Shown here piece by piece: positions 1 to 11,595 of a DNA stretch of 64,000 nt. Every line of letters begins with the position of its first letter. The stretch's first letter is position 1. Position numbers and translations under genes: made by a program. Source of the DNA: Octopus bimaculoides (taxonomy: Eukaryota); contig NC_068990.1 in NCBI RefSeq assembly GCF_001194135.2, positions 17,924,175 to 17,988,174 on the forward strand. Direction: 5' to 3'. Below the pieces are notes generated by a model. That model was given only the letters and a program-made list of their open reading frames with translations, ran no database searches and was not told the DNA's origin.

Positions 1-375
1 TAAAAAGGATGGGAGAAAAGGAGGTAATGTGTGGTGGATAGGTTGCAAGAATATGAATGGTGAGAGAGAGAGAGAGAGATGTAGAATCTTGATTATGATG
101 ATGATGATATATATATCAACAGAGGAAAGTCCAATAAGAAGGAAGACGGAGGAAGAAAATCGCCAACGATTCCCATGTGGTTACATTTTGAAATGACCGG
201 AAGGGAGTGGGTGAAGAAAAATTCTTTCTAAGACAGGAGCGTGTAAGAGAAGGCGGTATGTGTGGGTAAGTGCATGCACGTGAATCTGTGTGCATGTGTG
301 TGTAATAGCATGTGTGCGTGTGCCTATGTATGTGTTATGTGTGTGGTGTTTGTGAGGTTATATATATATATATAT

Positions 376-750
376 CATCATCATCATCATCGTTTAACGT
401 CCGCTTTCCATGCTAGCATGGGTTGGACGATTTGACTGAGGACTGGTGAAACCGGATGGCAACACCAGGCTCCAATCTAATTTGGCAGAGTTTCTACAGC
501 TGGATGCCCTTCCTAACGCCAACCACTCAGAGAGTGTAGTGGGTGCTTTTACGTGTCACCTGCACGAAAACGGCCACACTCGAAATGGTGTCTTTTATGT
601 GCCACCCGCACAAGCCAGTCCAGGGGCACTGGCAACGATCTCACTCGAAAATCCTACGGGAGCCAATCAGGCGGTACTGGCAACGGCCACGCTCAAAATG
701 GTGCATCTCATGTGCCACCCGCACAAGAGCCAGTCCAGGGGCACTGGCAA
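376..750 (-). mobile_element. 3' tail of an RTE-type LINE (5'-truncated copy or RTE-dependent SINE) with internal ~64-bp tandem units
   Basis: (CAT)n followed by gtttaacgtccgctttccatgctagcatgggttgga...gatgcccttcctaacgccaacc. The same sequence forms the 3' UTR of the RTE fragment at 22690-23570. Confidence 0.75.
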
Positions 751-766
751 TATATATATACACATA

Positions 767-2280
767 CTAGATGAATGACCTGGCTTTGCTCAGGTTACTG
801 CTGTTCTTATACAGATTAGTAAGCAATAGATATGAAGATATATTTTCTCTCATAATTATTTCAAAATATCTATATTTTATTAAAAAATATCTAAATTGAA
901 ATAGTAATAGAATTCAGAACTGAAAATCTGTCAATCTTGAAGCACCTCAGGGTAAATAGTATTCATTGTGCAATTTTTTATTGGCGTCCAAATGAATAAA
1001 TTGTTCCTGCTTCCAACTTGTAGGCAACGAACACAGAGTTGGCCATAAGAGAAGCATGTAGTAGAGAGATGAAATCCAGCTACCTTGAGGGATTGACTCT
1101 GAGTCTGAGATTTGTTAATTGAAATACCAAAACTTAGTTTGACTAGAAACTGAAGCCTCTTAAATTCAAATGGAACATCTGTAGGTATGAGAGGAATTTT
1201 TGGAATAAAGACATTTTCTCCTTTGTGACTACCTGTTATGATTGTTGCCTCTAGGACATGAGGCTTCATGGAAGTAACAATTAAGCGAGTTCCATTACAC
1301 AGGCGAGGTGGGTCAAGATTCTTAAGCAACATAATGGGAGCATCCAGCTTTAGTGTCAAGTTATGTGGTGGCATCCCAGTGGATTTAAGTGGGTTCAGAA
1401 ATTCAACAGGATATTGAACAGCTTGCTCTTGATCCACTGTTGTGTGAATTGATAGAAAAGTAATTTCTGATGCATCTGTTAATTTTGAATAAATTCATGA
1501 TTGAGTTTATCAACCATTTCATTAGTTGGAGCCAGTGTAGCTCTATTATGTAGCCAGTTTACACAGTGTAATTGACAATCACACATACACTCACATTGTC
1601 ACATACGTATACTAAAACAGATACACACAGACATACATTCACACACACTTCAGGATAAACAATACTCATTATATACTTGTCAGTCATCACATATGTATAT
1701 GCATGTTTAGATGTGTGTGTGTTTAATTCTCTGAGGCCTAACATACATAATGAATGTGCAAACACACATACATTCACAGACACATGGTCATCTTCTCTGT
1801 ATAATGGCCTGTTTCTCTCCATCTGTGTGTGTGTGTGTCTCTTTTTAGATGTGTGTGTGTGTGTATGTGAGTCATCACAAAAATGTATGCATACTCACAC
1901 ATACATACACTGTCTCATACACTCACACACATATACTTGTCAGTCATCACATATGTATATGTATGTGTGTTTAATTCTCTGAGGCCTAATGTAGTCATGA
2001 ATGCACAAACACACACACACTCACACATACTCATGTACAAAATGTGACATGGTGGTGGTGGTGGTGGTGGTATAAAATGTCCTTTACTATAGTTGATTAT
2101 AGAAAGATCATTCTAGACGAAATGTTATATTGTTTTAATCTAAATGAAAATAAAAATTACATGTTGACACTCATGGAGTCTAATACTATCACCTTGTAAA
2201 ATTTGATTTGATTTCCTAGAGCCATTTGAGAATGCATAGGAAACAGACAGACAGACAAAGAATTTTATATATATATATAT
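767..2280 (-). mobile_element. Internally deleted Helitron
   Basis: On the minus strand the 3' end reads cctgagcaaagccagg (hairpin) tcattcat CTAG|T at 794-766. It carries a Pif1-like helicase fragment. The 5' end (tatataaaattctttgtctgtctgtctg) merges into (TA)n, so that boundary is approximate. Internal ~260-bp duplication at 1678 and 1937. Confidence 0.75.
931..1437 (-). pseudogene. Helitron Rep/Hel Pif1-like helicase, C-terminal fragment
   Basis: YPVEFLN..G.PPH.L.LK..PIMLLKNLDPPRLCNGTRL, IPKIPLIPTDVPFEFKRLQF.VKLSF..SINKSQ and SYGQL.V are Pif1 motifs IV-VI with degenerate residues. Confidence 0.9.
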
Positions 2281-2625
2281 ATACATAATATAAACCATTG
2301 TTTTAATGTCCACTTCCCCATTGGTTAGAATTCATTGACGGAGATTTTCTACGCTGGGTGCCTTTTCTGTCTGTTGCCAATCTTTACTGTTTCCAAGCAT
2401 GATATTTCTCCCCATGGCTCTGTATGTTTCCATAGATTAGAAATGAACAACACCACTTCAATGATAGTAACACACATTTACAATAATTATATTATATAGA
2501 GATAAGGAGACATGAACACACACATACACACACTCATATGATAGGCTTCTTTGAATTTCAGTCTACCAAAGATACTTGATTTTGTTTGGCTCTAGGCTAT
2601 AGTAGAAGACACAATACATGTCTTT

Positions 2626-2962
2626 AAGTACTACTAATAGTTTTGTATGTTGAGAAACGCTCAGTGGTTAGGGCAGCAGACTCGCAGTCGGAGGATCGCA
2701 GTTTCGATTCCCAGACCAGGCGTTGGGTGTGTTTATTGAGCGAAAACACCTAAAGCTCCACAAGGCTCTGGCAGGGGGTGGTGGTGACCCCTGTTGTACT
2801 CTTTCGCTCCAACTTTCTCTCACTCTGTCTTCCTGTTTCTTGAGTAATGCCGCGATGGACTGGCGTCCCGTCCAGCTGGGGGGAACACTTGCGCCATAGA
2901 AACCGGGAAACCGGGCCCATGAGCCTGGCTAGGCTTTAAAAGGGTGCATAAATAAATAAAAA
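2626..2962 (+). mobile_element. tRNA-derived SINE with V-SINE-like core motif
   Basis: A-box-like gctcagtggtt, B-box-like gtttcgattccc, CGC in the anticodon-like loop, gatggactggcgtcccgtccag motif, (aaat)n tail, and an 8-bp direct repeat atgtcttt at 2618-2625 and 2963-2970. Confidence 0.7.
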
Positions 2963-2984
2963 ATGTCTTTTGGTGACCCTGCTA

Positions 2985-3290
2985 GTCCTGGTGCCACTTA
3001 AAAAGCATCCACTCCACACTGTAAAGTGGTTGGCATTTGGAAGGATATCCAGCTGTAAAAACCATGCCAAAACTGACCTTGCCTGTGCTGGTGTCAAGTA
3101 AAAAGCAGTCAACCCACTCTGTTAGGTGGTTGGTGTTAGGAAAGGCATCCAGCTGTAAAAAAAACCATGCCAAAACAGACACAGAAGTATGGTAGCCAGC
3201 TCTTGACAAACCATCCAACCCATGCCAAAATGGAAGGAGGACATTAAAAACAATGATGATGATGATGATGGTGATGATGATAATGATATA
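2985..3290 (+). mobile_element. RTE-type LINE 3' tail copy ending in (GAT)n
   Basis: aaagtggttggcatttggaagg..atccagctgtaaaaaccatgcc occurs twice, then ccaacccatgcc..atggaag and a (gat)n tail. Confidence 0.65.
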
Positions 3291-3904
3291 TGATGATATA
3301 CATATATATATATATATATATACATACAAACCACATAGCCAGACGTATATATTTTACGTACTTCTGCCTATACATACATACATACATACATGCATGCATG
3401 TGTTAACTTAATTGATTTGGCCCATATGTAGATGTATGTGTGCATGTTTTCCTAGTGAGTTAGCCTTCCTAATGAGTTAACCTTCACCCTAATTGTTGCC
3501 ATAGTCACTGCATATGTAACAGTAACACTGTTGCTTGTTAAGTTAGTTAGGTTTAGGTAAATATAACATTCCTATAGAAACTAATGTTGTACATGCTGGT
3601 AATATTATCTTGCTAGTGAGAGGAAGGACAATGAACTGAAGTAAACATTACAATTGTTTGTTTAATTTATGGATAGCTCTTAGACCAGTATAGCAGCTTT
3701 GTTGTGCTGCATTTAATCAAGTCAAACACTATAACTTGCTTGAAAAAATGGGCAACGTTTCAATACTCTTAACAGGACCAGGTCATAAAAATTGTTAGAT
3801 CTCACACATCAAAAATGATGAGAATTATAAATTCTAACACATGCAGAATCTCAGTTTTAAGCCTTTAGCATTCAGATTACTCTGTCAAATGTAACTCTTA
3901 TTTC

Positions 3905-4200
3905 TTTTATTGTTTTTCTTTTATTTGTTTCAGTCATTAGTCTGCGGCCATGCTGGAGCACTGCCTCGAAGAATTTTTAGTTGAATGTATTGACTGCAGC
4001 ACTTATTTTTTTTTAAAGCGTAGTATTTATTCTATCAATCTCTTTTGCCAAACCATGAAGTTACAGGGACGTAAACACACCAGCACTGTTTGTCAAGCAG
4101 TGGTGGAGAACACACACACACGCACACACACATGACGGGCTTCTTTGAATTTCAGTTTACCAAATTTACTTGGCTTTATTTGGCCCGAGGCTATTGTAAA
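3905..4200 (-). mobile_element. SINE family A (CORE-like) copy
   Basis: Reverse complement of the 28996-29393 element (ttgtttcagtcatt..gcggccatgctggagcactgcc). Confidence 0.65.
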
Positions 4201-4860
4201 GGATTGAATCACTCAGAAGCAAAACTTAGGAGCATTATAAAAAGTGTGTCCAATAGAATATCTAGAATATCCTCTGATGGACTGATATCTCATGAGCACA
4301 CAGAATACTACAACTCAGTACTAGCCAGAGCAGATTATAAGGTTAAAATATAATACATACAGGATAATACATACAGGATAATACAACAGCAGATCTAAAT
4401 GGAGTTAAATATGAAAATAAAGGAAAAACTAATAAGGACAGTCAAGGGAAAAAAGCAATTCAAGAATCAATGAATGGGATAGGAACTAAGATGGGAAAGT
4501 ATAGGGACATATTAAGGGACATGGGGATGAAACCCAACATAATGAACACTAAAGTAAGGAAGCAAGGAGGGGGAAGAAAAATACAGATGGAAATACCAAA
4601 CATAGGGTGGATATGAGAATAGATGGCACAAATAAATCAAATAGATACAACAAACAGAATGGAAAAATAGACAATGGTGAAATAATCTGGTCTAATCCAA
4701 TATATGGATTGCAGATTAAGTCCAAAATTGGACATGAATTCTTCTCTGCAATTAGATAGATATTTTTCTAGGTTGGGTAGGTACTGCATAATTTTTAACA
4801 GACACAAAATAAAATTAGCACACACAACCTTGCAGAACCTATAATATTATATGCATTAAT
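4200..4860 (+). mobile_element. Penelope-like element, RT thumb and linker remnant
   Basis: LNHSEAKLRSIIKSVSNRISRISS...YYNSVLARADY, then EIIWSNPIYGLQIKSKIGHEFF / LDRYF...IIFNRHKIKLA. This matches the PLE pattern SNHP..I..RIS..SS and IIWFNPP..IG..F..IFNR, with frameshifts. Confidence 0.7.
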
Positions 4861-5009
4861 TAAATAACAAGGAACTAAATGAAATAAAACTAGAGTATAG
4901 AAACAAAAGCACAGAAGGTGAAAATAGAAAATAAATAAAGAGATGAATAATAAATACTATGGAAAACAGAACATAAATGGTGTTAATACTCTATTGATGG
5001 AAAATTCAG

Positions 5010-5270
5010 CATGTTTTCCATGCTGGCATTGATTGGACGGTTCAACTGGGGACTGGGAAGCCAGGAGGCTGCACCAGGCTCCAGTCTGATCTGGCAGTGT
5101 TTCTACAGCTGGATGCCCTTCCTAACGTCAACCCCTCCAAGAGTGTAGTGGGTGCTTTTTACATACCACCGGCACAGGGGCCAGAGGGGGGGGGCTGGCA
5201 TTGACCATGATCGGATGGTGCTTTTTACGTGCCACCAGCACAGGAGCCAGTCAGGGCGAGGGGGCTAGCA
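5010..5270 (-). mobile_element. RTE-type LINE 3' tail copy
   Basis: ttttccatgctggcatt..ggctgcaccaggctccagtctgatctggcag..gatgcccttcctaacg, same family as 376-750. Confidence 0.7.
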
Positions 5271-5639
5271 TGATTAAGTTATAGAACAAAGTTCTACAAA
5301 TCTAATCATATTTGTCAAAAATGGAGGAGATAAAATGTTAAAAAGTTGTAAGATCACATACAATCGCTTCATACAGATATAAATTCATTTTCAGAATTTA
5401 CAAATATCAAAGTACTCATTAGTGCAGAAAAAATAAGAGCTTAAAAAAAAGCAGAGAAGTTGGATTTATGAGTTTCATGTCCATTTGTTCCTATCTCTGT
5501 GTAATAGTAATGGGAGTCATGTCAATAATTAATAATTGACATGATGAGAGTTAAAATGTCTGCAAATGTTATCTATAGAGATAAATTACAAAACATTCAC
5601 CTTGAATGGGTTAGACATGATCAAACTATTAAGACAAAT

Positions 5640-5815
5640 ACACACACATATAGATGATAGGCTTCTTTCAGTTTCCATCTACCAGATCTACTCACAAGGA
5701 TTTGGTTGGCCTGAGGTTAAAGTAGAGGACATTCACCCAAGGTATCATGCAGTGGCACTGAAACCAGGACTATGTGGTTGGGAAGCAAACTTCTTACCAC
5801 ACAGCTACACCTATG
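5640..5815 (-). mobile_element. SINE family A 5' part
   Basis: gataggcttctttcagtttcc...aaaccaggactatgtggttgggaagcaaacttcttaccacacagc is the reverse complement of the family A head. Confidence 0.65.
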
Positions 5816-5913
5816 AAGAGCATTGTAGTTTGCTTGAAGTATTGTAGTACAGAAATAGAATAGTAAATGAAATGAGGAAAGTTTCTAATAATGCAGAGAT
5901 GAAAGTTGAAAAA

Positions 5914-7290
5914 CCTTCGTATATTTTGGGCACAAAGGTTCATCTTCAGAAGAGTAAAGTCAAAGAAATGGGTCTACATAGATTCTGCCATTTGGATAGC
6001 CAGATGAGCAGTGACCCTGTTTTAGTAAGGTGCTTGTAGAAGTAGCAGCAGCTCCCCAAATAGTGGTGTTATTGGTGCCATAGAGGTAACACTGGGGACA
6101 ATGATGGTGAATGCTATGGTAGTAGTTGGTGGTCATAGTAATGTGGTAGTAGTTGGTGGTATATTCCTTGTAGAAGTTGTTGACAAGGTGATGGCTGCCG
6201 AGAGCAACAGTCCTCATCACAGCAGGCAATGGTGGTGGTGGTGGTAGCTGTGGCGATGACAAACATGATACTGGTAGGTAATAGTACCAATTACCATCAG
6301 TGATGAAGATGCTGGTTGTGGTTACCATGGTGTAAGGAGCAGTTGGTAATTTACAGGAGCCACCAGTCCTACTCTGATCAACTATTGATCTTCCGGTTAA
6401 GTCATTGATATGGTGATTTCATATATTCGTTTTCATGGCCGTATAGAAGTGTCTACCTCTTTGGAGGTGTTACTGCCTTTGATTAAATGTTTGTGGAAAG
6501 AAGATGCATTGGTTGTTAGGTGTTCCTTCAGTTGGATGTGGAACGGTCAGACTGTATTACTAATTTAATAGTCGTCACATTTAAGACACCGAATCTGGTA
6601 CATCATGTATGTTTTCATAGACTTGCTTGTGCCATAGATAGAATAGTTTACCAGTGAGCAGGGCTGTTATTCCACTGGTGATCTCCTCGTTGGCAGGTGT
6701 CTATGCAGGGACAATCCTAAGTGGACTAGCAGGATATCAAAGTCTTCCTTGCAGATGATCTTTGGATGGTAAAGGTGGTTCCCTCATTAAAATGGAGAAT
6801 CATAAGCTGGCTTTAGCCCTGATGGGGAGGGCTGACTTGTTATGGAAGAAGAGATCTTGGCAGACTGCCTTTCAGTAGAACACCATATCAATTGTTCTCA
6901 TCTGTGATGCTTAAACAAAAGTCAAACAAAGAGAGGGAACCATCATTGTTTGGGTGTGTTTGATGTGCTGGTCCATATCATTGAAGGTTTCTAGTATTGT
7001 GGAGGTATCATGGGATGAAGTGAGCATGGGGATTCATCAACAAACTTGGTGAAGTCAGGTATGTTAGACAGGTCTAAGTAGGTAATAGCAAGCAGTCCTC
7101 AGAGGCTGGACCCCATAGGCAGGCCTGAACACTGTATGTATTGTCAAGGGAATGAAAGTGTTTGTTTGCAGGTATGACAGACAATAGTTAGTGGATATTG
7201 GAGGTGTTAAGTCTGAAACAGTAAATGTCTGAGGGTGACACATTCTGTCATCATGATGACTGTGGGGAGGGTAGAAACAGAAGTGTATTA
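5914..7290 (-). mobile_element. Degenerate Penelope-like retroelement (RT plus GIY-YIG endonuclease)
   Basis: Minus strand: YIQCSGLPMGSSL*GLLAITYLD (RT GLPMGS motif), TKFVDE (YVDD position), and downstream MYQIRCLKCDDY*ISNTV*PFHIQLKEHL (GIY-YIG). Stops and frameshifts throughout. Confidence 0.8.
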
Positions 7291-7321
7291 TCATTATTAA
7301 TCCCTGTTATCACCATTAAGG

Positions 7322-7490
7322 TAACAAGCTGGGAGAATCCTTAGCATGCCAGGAAAAATTCTTAGCAGCATATCGTCTGTCTTAACATTCTGACTTCAAA
7401 TTCCGTTGAGGTGAATTTTGCCTTTCATCTTTTGGGGGTTGATAAAATGAATACCAGTTGAACACTGGAGTCAATATAATCGATCACCCC
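7322..7490 (+). mobile_element. SINE family B copy
   Basis: agctgggagaatccttagcatgcc..ttctgacttcaaattcc..gcctttcatcttttgggggttgataaaatgaataccag. Confidence 0.65.
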
Positions 7491-8354
7491 CCCGCCACAA
7501 AAAAACAAATTCAGCAAAAAGGATTATTATTATTGTTGTAAAATGAATTTCTCGGATATTGAAAACGTAAGTTTAAAAAATATTTGGAAAAAAAAAAAAC
7601 CCCCTAAAAATGACGGATGAAAGGCAAAGTTAATTTCAGTGGGATTTGAACTCCTGCTATTCTAATAATGTTCTAACGTTGGTACTAGGTCATGGATGAG
7701 AACAACTCTCGTTAATTATATTTCCCTCTATAGTTTTTCAAGCGGCCCAACTAGATTTGAACCAAGGACATACAAGGTTGAAGTAAAGACCGCAAAACCT
7801 TTTCATTGTCATTATTCATCTTTCTCACTCCAGTTTATTGTCCTAACAATAAACAAAGTCTTATGAACATTAATCAATTTCCGGATTATATATTTCTAAT
7901 GGCTGATAACACAGAAAATTAGATATTATTCCAAAGTCTATCTTTTTAAAATGTTTTATCAGTTTTATACAATAAAGGAGGTTTAACAATATCTCTATCC
8001 CTCATTAAGTCAACAGTTTTTTTTACTTAATTTGTTTTCGAACGCGATCACAATGAATAACTGACCATTCCGACTCATTTAAATCTTGCGTTCAAATCTC
8101 GCCAAGATCGACTTTGACTTTCATCCTTTTGGAATCAATAAAATAAAGTACCAGTCAAGTTCTGGGACCGATGGTAGTTAACATGCAGTTTAGGGGTTTA
8201 AATAAACGAATATAAATTTATCGGAAATGACAATGACATCCCATACTTTCGTAAAGAGAACTGGTGAAATCCCTTAACTTTATTTACAAAACTCCTTCGT
8301 TATGTCGCGTCCACATACATTTACTTGTATAGTATCTTCTAGAGAAATCTTAAG

Positions 8355-8954
8355 GGATCTATTTTAAAACGGGGGCGCCAGTTTTCATTTATGTTTTATG
8401 TAGTGTTTTTGGTACGGAAAGACTTTCAAACTTCGTATACTTATCTATTTTGTGTTATAGAACAGAAAAATATTTTTGTATTCGAATTTATTTCATGTAA
8501 AAAATTGTCTTATTTCGATAATTTCTACTAATCACTGACGGCTATTCAGTTGAAAACAGTTAGCGCTGTAACGGTGTATATCGTATTAATCCCCTAACCC
8601 TAACTCGAGAATCCGAACTCTAAAATTGTTACAGACATAGATACGCACAGCGTAATTTATTATATAAACAATATATGCGTATAAATTACGATTAAACCGA
8701 ATGAAATATGTCACAGGGAATAACATTTTTATGACCGCCCAGCAGTAAACTCTATTCAGCTGAATAGACGTCAGTGATTGGTTGAAATTACAGAAATACG
8801 ACAACTTTTACATGGAATAACTTGCGAATTCCCTTTTTTTTTTGTTAAGAAGACTAAGAGTAAAAGATGTTTTCTATGACACATTCTACCAGTGTCCCAA
8901 GTTTCAAAGTGTTTCGTTAAGAAAATACTGGCGCCCCCGTTTTAAAATAGATCC
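8355..8954. mobile_element. 600-bp non-autonomous DNA transposon, Merlin-like
   Basis: Perfect 28-bp TIR ggatctattttaaaacgggggcgccagt (8355-8382 and 8927-8954), perfect 8-bp TSD atcttaag (8347-8354 and 8955-8962), GG..CC termini. Confidence 0.85.
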
Positions 8955-9920
8955 ATCTTAAGTATTTCAGAAATTGTAGTTAACATACACGTACCACAAC
9001 TAATAATGACTGCCCCCGAGAAGGAAATTTTGCTTGTCGATGCACGATAGCTAACGCAGTTACATGTGAGCAATGTAATAATTTTGCGCGACTCCTGAGC
9101 TGTCCAGAAAAGAACCGACGGGAAGCGTGGGCGCGGTTCCAGCTGATTCACGTTGGTTGTGTTACAGAAATTGTTTACTTCACTTTCATATCTTTCTCGT
9201 ATCTCTTCGTCGATAAAATTAAGTACCTGTCAAGAACTAACCCCTCACCCCTATTTCAGACCTTGTGCCTGTAATAGATACAATTATAATTTAAAAGAAA
9301 AATAATCAAATAAAAAGCAGAAACATACGTCGTGTGTGACAGAGAAAACGTAAGAAAATTCAAGATCAAATTCAACTTGTAAATTTTATGTTAAATTTAT
9401 ATTGTTTACGATATGTTAGTATAGTAATTGAGAAGTTCAATGGGCTTCGCCTTACGCTATGTGTAGATAAATATATTCAAACAACACAACGTAGACTTCG
9501 TAAGCTAGATCTAAAGTTTTTAAAGCTTTAAAATTTGTGTGATAAATTGAATTGTGTATAAAAATATTTTATAGATAATCCAGGAAATAAATGTATTTCA
9601 GCTGATAATTGCCATTTTAACGTACTTGTGGGTATCTCTATTTTATAGATGATGAGAGAAAAACATATACATATAATATTTGCTTTAAAATATTTAAAGT
9701 ATGCATTACTATTAGGATGGATGACGACTAGTTTCACGGAATTGAGTCAAAGAATTCGGGGAAAAAAAAAGAAGGCCAATACATATTTGTTAAAAGTAAT
9801 GGTGCGAAAGAATTCCTTCTTCGGTAAGAGTTGTAGGTAGTCCACAGGAAATTTTCTTACTATTTTAAAAACTTCCATTCCTCGTATTGCTTTTGATATG
9901 GTTTAATTATAATGTCAATT

Positions 9921-10244
9921 TTAAGCGCGGACCATATCTAGAGAGTCATAACCACGAATTTCTTTCGCTTCCTGGATGAGAGAACAGAAAGGGCAAAATA
10001 ATACCAATAAAAGATCTTCGCAAATAGAACCAGCAATATTGCGTGAACTCCGAATCATTCCACGAATTTGTGTCATAGCAAAATAATTCACTCCGGGTAC
10101 GAGATACATACAACCACAGAAACAACAGCCTTCACCAATAGCTTCGGCGTTTTTACCGAACGTATAACAAGGAGCGAAATAAGTAATAATACAGAGACCT
10201 AAGTTATTGAAACAGCCAAATATTGAATGCTGCCACGATTCCAT
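9921..10244 (-). CDS. PLAC8/cornifelin-family cysteine-rich protein (PCR/FW2.2-like), 107 aa, single coding exon
   Basis: Intact ATG-to-TAA ORF with family motifs W..S.FGCF.N.G.C..T.F.PC..FGKNAE, R..IR....I.GS.C.D....LFCP.CSL.QE.KE. Start context is cagacATGG. Orthology to a specific paralogue cannot be assigned. Confidence 0.93.
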   Translation of the reverse strand: MESWQHSIFGCFNNLGLCIITYFAPCYTFGKNAEAIGEGCCFCGCMYLVPGVNYFAMTQIRGMIRSSRNIAGSICEDLLLVLFCPFCSLIQEAKEIRGYDSLDMVRA

Positions 10245-10319
10245 GTCTGAGCAAATACTCGCTTAATCCGCCAAAGTACAGAGTTGTTCGACTGGTGTCT
10301 TTCTGTGTTGGAAGCTCGT

Positions 10320-10350
10320 TTACACTATATTATATTAAATATATTAAAAG
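10320..10350 (-). promoter_or_regulatory. Possible TATA-like element upstream of the PLAC8-family CDS
   Basis: The minus strand reads ttttaatatatttaatataatatag about 80-100 bp upstream of the ATG. The background is AT-rich, so this is weak. Confidence 0.25.
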
Positions 10351-10699
10351 CAGACTTTTGGACTTCGACACTTAATACTTTTGTTATAACATCCTGTAAT
10401 GGAATCTGATTTAATCTATAAACTACTAAGGCGTGTTTATGATAACGAAGATCAGGTTGTGTTGGCGTATGGTTTGTTATTTATAGCGCAAGAGATGTAG
10501 TAGGACCACAGACAGACTGACAGAGAAAGCAAAACGTGTGTGGAAGGAAGATGTACAGGAATTAGTTTAGTTAGCAGCTTGAATATGAGTGAGGTAAATT
10601 CAAATGCTCAGAAATTGTCTCCCGCTGCACCACAAATAGCTGACAACTTTTATATTAACTTGGAGACTTAACAACAGAAGAGCGTGGCTGCTTAGAGAT

Positions 10700-11290
10700 A
10701 AACGGTTTGACGAAACAAACAAAAACAAGAAAACAGTTCTGGGAGCTATTTATTACCTCTGCCTGCAAGAATTTTTTGTGTCTTCAACGTACCATGTTTG
10801 TGTAACAAGGCACGATGTTATGTAATAATAAAACACAGATATTGAATAGGAAAGGATTTCTGAAGGCTGGAAAGAAATAAGAACAGCATGCACTACAGGA
10901 TGTATGTTTGTGTGAATGATTGACAAAGAACAAACGAGCTGAGAGATAAGTTAGATTATAAGAGGAACTGCATGTAATATTACAAGAATGAAGACTGCTG
11001 ATATGAGCAGTTTTCAAAACATATTTGTATAAAGTTGTACAATAGGCATTCAGCACTTCTTTATACCCTACCAACGGTATAAAGAAGTACTGAGTGCTTC
11101 AAATGGATGGAGTCTGCAGAAAAGGGAGATCAAAGACCAAGGAAGGCATGGGATCAAAGTGAGAGGCTGAATACAACAAAGGAAATGATAAAAGAACGAC
11201 AACTTGTGGTGAAATGCTATGAAAGAGATTTGTCCAAATCATGCAATCATAGAAAAAGGTGTAAAGATGATGATGGTGGTGGCATTGAGG
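10700..11290 (+). mobile_element. Highly decayed RTE-type LINE 3' end
   Basis: Frameshifted LERNKNSM..RM, NELRDKL and KGDQRPRKAWDQ (RGRPRKTWD-like), followed by a (gat/ggt)n tail. Confidence 0.55.
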
Positions 11291-11346
11291 ATTACGTATT
11301 ATTATACCCACATTTGCATCTTTACTGATGATTGCATTCAGAATAA

Positions 11347-11595
11347 GTGCACAGGTGTGGCTGTGTAGTAAGAATTTTGCTTCTCAGCCACATAGTTCTG
11401 GGTCCAGTCCTACTGTGTGGCACCTTGGGCAAATGTCTTCTATAGCCTTGGGTCAACCAAAACCTTGTGAGTGGATTTGGTAGACAGAAACAGATTGAAG
11501 CCCATTTGGTATATATAGTTATATTTTATTTAATTTTTTTATTTTATCTAGTTTCAGCTAACAAGCTGTGGCCATGCTGGGGCACCACCATTTAA
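11347..11595 (+). mobile_element. SINE family A copy, internally deleted
   Basis: gtggctgtgtagtaag..gggtccagtcc..gtggcaccttgggcaaatgtcttc..gtgagtggatttggtagacag. Confidence 0.7.

Noticed and set aside
446-778. Three overlapping ORFs of 73-110 aa
   Set aside because: They are open frames in GC-richer tandem units of an RTE tail, with no protein motif.
5960-6328. 122-aa Thr/Pro-rich ORF
   Set aside because: It is low-complexity sequence in the 3' region of the decayed Penelope-like element, with no start context or domain.
8942-9151. 69-aa minus-strand ORF
   Set aside because: It has a non-ATG start, no recognisable motif, and its stop lies inside the MITE TIR.
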